Shown here: positions 55,417 through 64,000 of the stretch, in pieces | Numbering within the stretch: position 1 is the first letter of the stretch | Layout of the letters: each line of letters starts with the position of its first letter | Assembly (NCBI GenBank): GCA_050613775.1 | Contig: JBODTK010000120.1 | Location: 124,001 to 188,000, forward strand | Direction: 5' to 3' | Length of the DNA: 64,000 nucleotides | Origin: Neocallimastix sp. 'constans' | Taxonomy: Eukaryota | Made by a program: the position numbers and the translations under genes | Notes under the pieces: model-generated | Databases searched by the model: none | The model's input: the letters and a program-made list of their open reading frames with translations, nothing else | Told to the model about the DNA's origin: nothing

Positions 55417-55734
55417 ATCTTCAATGTGGAGGTTTCTTAGCCTAATATTAAGTTCTTCCACTTTGAAAAAATAAAATTAAAAGAATTCTTATATACGATT
55501 ATTATTTTTATTTAAATTTACTATTATAATATTATGTAAAGTCGACTTGGCTCTAACCGCTTGAAAAGGTGCCCGTCGAGTAAACAAAATTATTATAATA
55601 ATAATAAGTTTAAATAAAAATAATCTCAAATATTCCAATATAATTAGTAATCACGGCGGCGACTTAATGGGTGCAATTATAATTAGTACTTCTTCAAATA
55701 GTACTTCTTCTATTATTACTTCTTGTTTCTTCTC

Positions 55735-55975
55735 TTAGTAATTCTTCAAATGGTAGTTTTCTAATAGGTAGTTCTCTAATTGGTAATTCTCTAACTGGTA
55801 GTTTTCTAACTGGTAGTTCTCTAATTGGTAATTCTCTAACTGGTAGTTTTCTAACTGGTAGTTTTCTAACTGGTAGTTCTCTAATTGGTAGTTCTTTAAC
55901 TGGTAGTTCTTTAACTGGTAGTTCTCTAACTGGTAGTTCTTTAACTGGTAGTTCTTTAACTGGTAGTTCTCTAAT
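55735..55975. repeat. 15-bp tandem repeat (TGGTAGTTCTCTAAC), about 16 copies, in the leader of element B
   Basis: Directly visible; reads (NYQLE/K)n on the minus strand. Confidence 0.95.
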
Positions 55976-56011
55976 CTCGTGATCGTAACGTGCTCCACTT
56001 TTTATAACAAG

Positions 56012-56022
56012 GTAGTTGTTAT
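56012..56022 (-). other. 11-nt self-priming PBS of element B (ATAACAACTAC)
   Basis: Abuts the 5' LTR, does not start with TGG, and is the exact complement of LTR positions 56186-56196 on the transcript strand. Confidence 0.85.
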
Positions 56023-58123
56023 TGTAAAATGTTCCTATTGGAGCAGATTACAATTACGAAAAAAAAACAAAAACAACACTATCAATAACAATACTCAAAT
56101 GAAATTTATTTTTTAAAAAAAATTCTTTTATTAATCACTTTATTATAAAAATTCTTTTTATTAGTTATTAACTGCAAAATAGTTAATAACAACTACATTT
56201 TCTTTAATAGAATAATTTTACATGTATTTATATTTTTTCTTAATTATATTATAATATACTATTTCTATTTATTTAAATATATATTCAATATAAAATAAAC
56301 AAAAACTAATCTAAAATTAAATAAAGTTATAAAAAACTAAAACTAATTCAATAAGCTTTTTATTCAATTTGTTTTGACTCAAATTGAATAAGTTCTTATT
56401 TATTATTTATTTATTATTCTTTTATTATTAATACTATTAATTATATATTACAATTTAATTTTTATGATTATTAAACTAAACTAAAATTAAACTAAACTAA
56501 AATTAAACTAAACTAAAATTAAACTAAACTAAAATTAAACTAAACTAAAATTATTAATATATTTTATTACTAAATTTTAGGTTATTTAAAAATTAATTTT
56601 ATATTTTTAAATTTATATATTATATGAAATATAAATTTATTATTAATTTTCATAAATCAATTAATTTCATAAATTAATATATTTTACATAATTTAATGCA
56701 TTAGCATTATTTTGTAAACGTGAATTACATTAAATAATTTAATGTACAAAATAAATTAATTAATGTACTAAAGATATTGATCATATCTTTACACCAAATT
56801 TTTATGATACGGGCTGGGGTTGAAACACTAAGATATTCAAAACAAAAAAATAAATATTAACACATAACTATAAAAATAAGTTTGGAAACAAGAAAAAATT
56901 AAATTTTAAAATATTCTTTATTTAAATTTAAAATTAAAATTATTTGTTCCCAGTATTAAAAAGAAAGAAATTTATTCTTCTTTTTATACTTTTATTTTAA
57001 TACATTTTATTTATTATTAATATATTCTTTATAAAAAAAAAAACTATTATAACTATTTTATTTTAATTTTTAACTATTATTTTAAATTATTTTTTTAAAA
57101 AAAAAAAATAACATTTATTAAATTAAAATATAAAAAATTAATTTGGAGCTTGTATCACGAAGGGCATTCCGGGCGGTAGCTTCTTCTTGATATTGTTATT
57201 CAGAGAGAGAATTATACAGAATTGATATTTTCTGTATTTTAGATCATTTTTATTATTGGAATTCTTCTGTATTTTAGTTCATTTTTATTTTAATAAAGAT
57301 TTAATTTATTTTTAATTTTTGTTTTATTTTTAGTTTATTTCAAAGGTTTTAGAAAATATTATACAGAAACTTATAATTCTGTATTTTACATCAAATATTT
57401 ATTGAAATAGGTTTTTATTATTCTTAATATAAAAATAAGAATTAGTAATGATTTAAATATTATATAATTTTTAATAAGAATATTTAGTAATAATTTTTAT
57501 TATATTTAATATTAATAAAATATTTAATAATTATTTTTATTAGATTTGATATTAATAAAAGATTTTAATAAGAATATTTAATAATAATTTTTATTATATT
57601 TAATATTAATAAAAGAATTTTATAAGAATATTTAATAATAATTTTTATTATAAAAGATTTTAATAAGAATATTTAATAATAATTTTTATTATATTTGATA
57701 TTAATAAAAGATTTTAATAAGAATATTTAATAATAATTTTTATTATATTTAATATTAATAAAAGAATTTTATAAGAATATTTAATAATAATTTTTATTAT
57801 AAAAGATTTTAATAAGAATATTTAATAATAATTTTTATTATATTTAATATTAATAAAAGAAATTTATAAGAATATTTAATAATAATTTTTTATTATATTT
57901 AATATTAATAAAAGAAATTTATAAGAATATTTAATAATAATTTTTTATTATATTTAATATTAATAAAAGAAATTTATAAGAATATTTAATAATAATTATT
58001 ATTATATTTAATATTAATAAAAGAAATTTATAAGAATATTTAATAATAATTTTTATTATATTTGATATTAATAAAAGATTTTAATAAGAATATTTAATAA
58101 TAATTTTATTTTATTATTATTAA

Positions 58124-58783
58124 TGTTAAGATAATAACTGAATTTCAATTCAATTTCAATTTCGATAATTCAGTTATTTGAATTTCAATATTAATAAATA
58201 ATAATAATATAATAATTATTATTAAATTAACTTTATTAAAATATTTAGGAATTAGTCTAGGCCAACTAATTACTAAATATTATTAACATATTGAATTTAA
58301 TATATATTAAATAATGTAAACACGTGATTGTCATATTAAATTAATTTCTACATATTATATTTTAATTATAAATTATAATATTTAGCAATATTTGATTCTT
58401 ATATTTTATTTATATTAAATATTTATATTATTATCTAACTTTATATTATCAATATCAAACTTATATTAATATTATTTACATATTCATATTAATAATTAAT
58501 ATTTTAATAATTAATTATTTTATATATATACATGTTTAAATTCTTTTGATTAATCCTTTGTAGGATTATTGTAATTTAAATTATAGTAATAATTATATAA
58601 AATAATAATGTAATAAAATATTATTAAGATTAAATAAAATTTATATTTTAAACAAAAACTTAATTATAAAATTTACTAATAACAATATGTTTTAAATAAG
58701 AGTAAAATTAAGTTATTAATTAATTACTATAATTTGGCATCTTGACCTAATCGTTAAGAAAATATTATCTAAAAACTTTGACA
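58124..58783. mobile_element. Solo LTR (660 bp) nested in the 5' LTR of element A, TSD ATTAA
   Basis: Absent from the 3' LTR copy. TGTTAAG..TTTGACA termini, with ATTAA at 58119-58123 and 58784-58788. Confidence 0.9.
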
Positions 58784-58838
58784 ATTAAGAGTATTTAATA
58801 GGAAATACAAGGTATTTAGTGACACCCCGTATCATTTA

Positions 58839-59563
58839 TGGTGCAGGTACACAATAAACTTCAAAAAAAAAATGAAAATAATATATTAGTTAATAATTTA
58901 ATTTCAATTTCCAGTTTTTTTTATTTTTTTTAACTCCTCCTTTTTTATTAAGTATTTTCTTTTTCTTTTATACTTTTTTACTACATGAATTTTTATAATA
59001 ATTTAAATTATTTTAATTCTTATTAGTATAATTATTACATGTGATTTTAAATAATATTTTTTAAGAGTTATTTTAATAATAAAAATATTAATACTAATAT
59101 AATTAATATTATCTTTAATGACAAATATTATTAATGATAAAATTAAAAAATTTAACAATAAAATTATTGGTAATATTTTTGATAATATAATTCTTGAAAC
59201 AATTTAATATTAATAATAATTAAATATAATAATAAAACAATTTAATTAATATAAGATAATAATTATTTAATAATTAGTCATTTATCAATTTAATTAAATA
59301 ATGATTTTTTTAATAATTAGTCATTAATCAATTTAATTAAATAATAATTTTTTAATAATTAGTCATTAATCAATTTAATTAAATAATAATTTTTTAATAA
59401 TTAGTCATTAATCGATTTAATTTGATAATTTATATAATTATTTTAAATTAAGAATAAAATTTTGGAATTATAAAAATAGTTTAAAATATTTAATACATAA
59501 AGTTATTAAACTTAATTATAATTTCCAATAGTATAATATGAATTATTAGTTAGTTCCGTATCA
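58839..59563 (-). mobile_element. Solo LTR C1
   Basis: TGGTGCAGG..TTCCGTATCA. A second copy starts at 60037. Internal ~42-bp repeat x4. Confidence 0.85.
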
Positions 59564-59566
59564 TTT

Positions 59567-60032
59567 TGATACGATATTTTATTTATGTATCTAAATTAAT
59601 ATTTATTTATGGGCAATGACAATAAGGAATTATGACAAAATAATATATTCTAATATTAAATAGAAATAACACATACAATAATACAAAATAAAGTAATAAA
59701 TATATCTTTTTAATGTACTCTTTATTTATTATTAATTATTAATTATTACATCAATTATTATTATTACTCTCTTACATAAATATTATAATTAATTATCTCA
59801 AATATACATAATATCTCTTTTTAACTATACTAAAATAAAATATAAAAATAGCTATTTATGTGAATTAATTTATCATAAGTATATACTTATAAATAAAAGA
59901 ATTCTCCGTTTAATAATTATTATTCTAAAATTATATATATTATTCTAAAATTATTATTGACCAATAATATTTAAGTATTTCTTTAACCTAAAGAATCTAC
60001 CTAAATACCATTTTTATAGTGGTCACGTATCA
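59567..60032 (-). mobile_element. Solo LTR E
   Basis: TGATACGA..CACGTATCA, homologous to 36771-37185. ATTT on both sides, with the left copy overlapping the terminal A of C1. Confidence 0.88.
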
Positions 60033-60036
60033 ATTT

Positions 60037-61277
60037 TGGTGCAGGTACACAATAAACTTCAAAAAAAAAAATGAAAATAATATATTAGTTAATAATTTAA
60101 TTTCACTTTCCGTTTTTTATTTTTTTAACTCCTCATTTTTTATTAAGTATTTTCTTTTTCTTTTATACTTTTTTACTACATGAATTTTTATAATAATTTA
60201 AATTATTTTAATTCTTATTAGTATTATTATTACATGTGATTTTAAATAATATTTTTTAAGAGTTATTTTAATAATAAAAATATTAATACTAATATAATTA
60301 ATATTATCTTTAATGACAAATATTATTAATGATAAAATTAAAAAATTTAACAATAAAATTATTGGTAATATTTTTGATAATATAATTCTTGAAACAATTT
60401 AATATTAATAATAATTAAATATAATAATAAAACAATTTAATTAATATAAGATAATAATTATTTAATAATTAGTCATTAATCAATTTAATTAAATAATGAT
60501 TTTTTAATAATTAGTCATTAATCAATTTAATTAAATAATAATTTTTTAATAATTAGTCATTAATCAATTTAATTTGATAATTTATATAATTATTTTAAAT
60601 TAAGTATAAAATTTTGGAATTATAAAAATAGTTTAAAATATTTAATACATAAAGTTATTAAACTTAATTATAATTTCCAATAGTATAATACGAATTATTA
60701 GTTAGTTCCGTATTGTAACAGATACATGGTAACTTCAAGCCTATCCAATGATAGTTCTTTGGTTACGTAACGTATCTCTAAACAGCTAGCAATTTCGGCT
60801 AATCAAATAAAATCTTTTATGACTTTCGTACATTAAATTTTATTATTTTATAAATAATTATATAGTTAAATATTTATTTAAATATATTTTATTTAGTGAT
60901 TAGTAAACTAAGTTAAATTAAATTATTTACCAATCATAATGTTATTGACATGTATAAATAATAATTGAACTTGTAACTGTAACGCACTAGCGTTACTATT
61001 AACGTAAATTGTTATTATAAATATTAATATTAATAAATAAAATTATAATTATTAAATAAAAAATATTACTCAGTGTAAGCCCAGTAACTGATAACAAATA
61101 GAGTTATAAAGTACTGCGCTATACTCTCGTGTAAAAAGAAATAATAATCACAGAATTAATTAATTTGGTGTTTATTATTAACAACTCGAATAGAGAGGTG
61201 TTAAGTTATCTTAGCCTTTAGATTTAGTTATTATTCGTTATTTTAGTTAATAATAAACTTACCTTTTACACGTATCA
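60037..61277 (-). mobile_element. Solo LTR C2, its last bases split off by insertion F
   Basis: Alignable to C1 with one fewer ~42-bp unit. The terminus CCGTAT|CA is restored after removing 60714-61270 and one TSD copy. Confidence 0.85.
60714..61270. mobile_element. Solo LTR F, TSD CGTAT
   Basis: TGTAACAG..CTTTTACA, with CGTAT at 60709-60713 and 61271-61275. Confidence 0.88.
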
Positions 61278-61278
61278 A

Positions 61279-61760
61279 TGTAAGAAATTACTTATAAAAT
61301 TAATTATAAATAATTTCTTAACTACAAATTAACATTAATTATTACTAATTAACATTAATTTGAGAAAATAAAATTAAATATAATTAAATAAATATGAAAT
61401 AATATAAATAAATAATTATACTTAACTTAAATATAAGATAGAGTTTATTATAGAAAGTTTATAATAAACAATAACACAAAAGGAATAAAAGACACAAATA
61501 TTTATAAAAAATGTTTTATTAAAAGGGTTTTGTTTTATTAATTAATTATTTTATTTGAATTATTATTTATTATAAAAATTCTAAAATAATAACTCTTGAT
61601 TTCTCGAAGAGAACTCAAGAGAATCAAATATATATAAATTAATAATTAAATATTATTGGTTAAAATAAATACAATAATTTAATGTATTAAATTAATGTAT
61701 TAAATAAGAAAGATAGATAAATTTTATAATAAAATAATAAATTTATCTAAGTTTCTTACA
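61279..61760. mobile_element. Solo LTR G, TSD ATCAA
   Basis: Perfect 9-bp TIR TGTAAGAAA..TTTCTTACA, with ATCAA at 61274-61278 and 61761-61765. Confidence 0.9.
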
Positions 61761-61767
61761 ATCAATT

Positions 61768-62650
61768 TGTAAGAATCTATAATTATTTGCTAACAAATAA
61801 TTATATTTTCTTAGTTAAGTTATTATAACTATAACTTTATTTAATTACATATAATATTTATTAAATTTATTTAATTTAATTTTAAATATTCATTAATTTA
61901 ACAAAATTTATTTAATTAATTTTAAATAATATATTTACAATATGTTAAATTCTCTACTGTAACTAATGTATTTTGTATTGTATTCTATTCTGTATTTTAT
62001 AATGTATTCTGTATTTTATAATGTATTCTGTATTTTATTAACTATTTAATTTTATATTTTTAATATAAGGATAAATTATATGATCGAAATATCTTTTATT
62101 ATTTTATTCTTTTATTTTCGATAATTAGATTAGATTGGAAAATCGGTTAATTAAGATTTTTTCCAATTACTTTTTAGAAGTAATCGGTTTTACTTAATTA
62201 ATGCGATGATCGATATGGATAGAATATCGATCGGAAACTTATCTAGGTTTTTCTATCTAATCTTTTCCTAGATAAGAGATTTGTTAAGATTAGAAAACCC
62301 TTTCTTATTTAACCTTATTTTCATAAAAAAATATAAATAAGGCTCTTGAGTTCTCTTTGAGAAATCAAGAGTTATTATTATAAAAAAACATAGTTATAAT
62401 AGTAACATTTTTATATTTTTAACTTTAATAAATTAATAAAAATATTTTATTCAAAAACATATTTTTAAGATCAATTTATACAAACAATTCTTCTCTTACA
62501 TTTTGTGTTATTATTATAATTAATTTTATAACAAACTCTACATTAAAGGTAAAAAAATTTATTTTATTTTATTTTCTCAACTTAATGAATTAGTCGTTAA
62601 GTTGTAGTTAATAATTCTATTTTGAGTTAGTTCTTAATAGAATTATTACA
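61768..62650. mobile_element. Solo LTR H, TSD CAATT; related to G in the opposite orientation
   Basis: TGTAAGAAT..ATTATTACA, with CAATT at 61763-61767 and 62651-62655. Positions 62343-62380 are the near reverse complement of about 61586-61622. Confidence 0.85.
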
Positions 62651-62656
62651 CAATTT

Positions 62657-64000
62657 TGACAAATGTTGATTATTATCTTAATTTAGAATTTACTTCTAAA
62701 AGTGATAATAATTTGTCAATTAAAAGGGTAGTTATTAACACAAAAATGTTAATTAAAACACTACAGTTTAAAATAAGAAAAGAATATTTGTTTTTTTTTT
62801 ATAATAAAACTTTATTTATCAATATAAAATTGTACCTTTTATTATTTTGAATATTTATATTCTTAATAAAAAGTATTTAAAATAAATGAGAATAAAAGAA
62901 AATAATTTATTAAAACTTAAATTTTAAATTTTTAATTCTTGAATTCTGATTTTTTATTTTTAAAGAAATATTTACATGTTTTTAAATTTTTCTTTTAAGT
63001 TTAAATTATTTAAAATAAAACTATATAATTATTTTAAGTAAACACTTTTAAGATAAAATAAACAATTTTGTTATTATTAATAAGTTTCTTTTTAATTAAT
63101 ATTAATATCAATTTAAACTGAGATTTAATTTAAAATCGTTAAAGTAAAATAAAAGAATAATTTAATATAAAATACATTGTTCTTTAAATTAAAATAATAT
63201 TTATTTAATAATTTTAAATCTTTTAATTTATTTTTATTAAAATATTATTTTTTAATTATCAATAACTAATTAAGAGGGTTATTATTTAATTTTATTGATT
63301 TTTCTTAATTTATAATTTGGTTATTTATCAATTCCTCCACCATCAGATTGAACTTCGTCTCTTGAAGTTGTAATATTTCCTTCTCTTATTGTATATGGAT
63401 AAACATTTTTAATATGTACGTTTCTTGCAAGTAATTTTCCAGTTTGTGGGTCTTCTAATACTACTGTGTTGAATTTTGGTTCTTTTACAACCCTAAATGG
63501 TCCGTAAAAGTAAGGGTCTAATTTTGTCCTGTTAATTAATCTTATCATCACATAGTCTCCAATTTTGTATTGTTTCTTTAAGGCTTTATTGAAACCTATT
63601 CTGTGTTTCCAATATTTATTAGCATATTCTGAATATCCTATTGCTTCTTTTACCCATTTGTAATGTCTTAAAAATCTTCGAAAATTAAATTCGTCTTCTG
63701 TTTCTCCTTCTTCTTGGTGAATATCCGGAAATATGATTTCCATTGGCCAAGTATCCCTTCTTCCATATAATAGTTCAAAACTGCTGAATTTAGTTTTTGA
63801 ACTTTTTGTTGTTCTAAGTGCCCATAAGACTGATGGAAGACATTCGTCCCATTCCTGTTCTTCCGTTATTAATAATAGTAATATTTTTCCAATCTCTCTA
63901 TTTCTGTTTTCTATCATTCCATTTGATTGTGGATGGTGTGGTGCAGTAAAATGTACCCATGATCCATATAAATCGATCATCATTTTTGTAATATCCGAAA
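62657..64000 (-). mobile_element. Ty3/gypsy element D (related to A): 3' LTR 62657-63330 plus integrase end; continues beyond the window
   Basis: TGACAAAT..ATTTATCA termini and PPT GGTGGAGG 3 nt from the LTR. Confidence 0.85.
63321..64000 (-). CDS. pol: C-terminal part of the integrase of element D
   Basis: HPQSNGMIENRNREI, LWALRT, TKFSSFELLYGR, GPF and TSRDEV parallel the element A integrase (HPESNGQVENRNREI..TSGDEV). The stop codon lies 10 nt inside the LTR. Confidence 0.92.
   Translation of the reverse strand, partial: SDITKMMIDLYGSWVHFTAPHHPQSNGMIENRNREIGKILLLLITEEQEWDECLPSVLWALRTTKSSKTKFSSFELLYGRRDTWPMEIIFPDIHQEEGETEDEFNFRRFLRHYKWVKEAIGYSEYANKYWKHRIGFNKALKKQYKIGDYVMIRLINRTKLDPYFYGPFRVVKEPKFNTVVLEDPQTGKLLARNVHIKNVYPYTIREGNITTSRDEVQSDGGGIDK

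Larger units (their letters stand above)
49797..56793 (-). mobile_element. Full-length chromovirus-type Ty3/gypsy element B (Tf1/sushi-like, self-priming). LTRs 49797-50567 and 56023-56793, TSD CCAAA
   Basis: 771-bp LTRs TGTAAAA..CTTTACA differ only by a TA/AT swap as far as I can see. CCAAA at 49792-49796 and 56794-56798. PPT AAAGGGCGAG next to the 3' LTR. Confidence 0.96.
40223..58834 (-). mobile_element. Ty3/gypsy LTR retrotransposon A (no chromodomain, tRNA-primed). 3' LTR 40223-41423, 5' LTR 56805-58834. Carries nested element B and a nested solo LTR
   Basis: Near-identical LTRs TGATACGG..CCGTATCA. PPT GCGGGGAGA at 41427-41435, PBS at 49777-49794, and gag-pro-RT-RH-IN order. Confidence 0.95.

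Noticed and set aside
58839..58852. TGGTGCAGG as a plus-strand tRNA-Gly PBS (also at 60037)
   Set aside because: It begins a ~700-bp duplicated unit ending CCGTATCA with no internal domain following, so it is better explained as an imperfect LTR terminus.
58839..61277. C1 and C2 as the paired LTRs of one element
   Set aside because: Only another solo LTR (E) and 3-4 nt spacers lie between them; there is no PBS, PPT or coding sequence.

Overview
Extremely AT-rich eukaryotic DNA with GT-AG introns. The fungal dockerin-bearing GH5 enzymes point to an anaerobic gut fungus (Neocallimastigomycota; inferred). The left part (1-35.1 kb) is genic: the 5' part of a GH47 EDEM/Htm1-like mannosidase gene, three co-oriented double-GH5 cellulase genes with CBM10/dockerin modules, an 8-exon Rmp1/NEPRO-like gene and a 6-exon Ivy1-like I-BAR gene. 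The right part (35.8-64 kb) is a retrotransposon island with no host gene recognised. It resolves into a head-to-tail chain of apparently co-oriented LTRs/elements from several families, abutting with only 3-4 nt A/T spacers. A second class of TGTAA..TTACA elements with 5-bp TSDs has repeatedly inserted within a few bases of LTR ends: three into one 10-bp window, and one full-length self-priming chromovirus into the PBS of another element. This apparent LTR-terminus-directed integration is the most striking signal. All calls come from reading the sequence by eye; no database searches were run.
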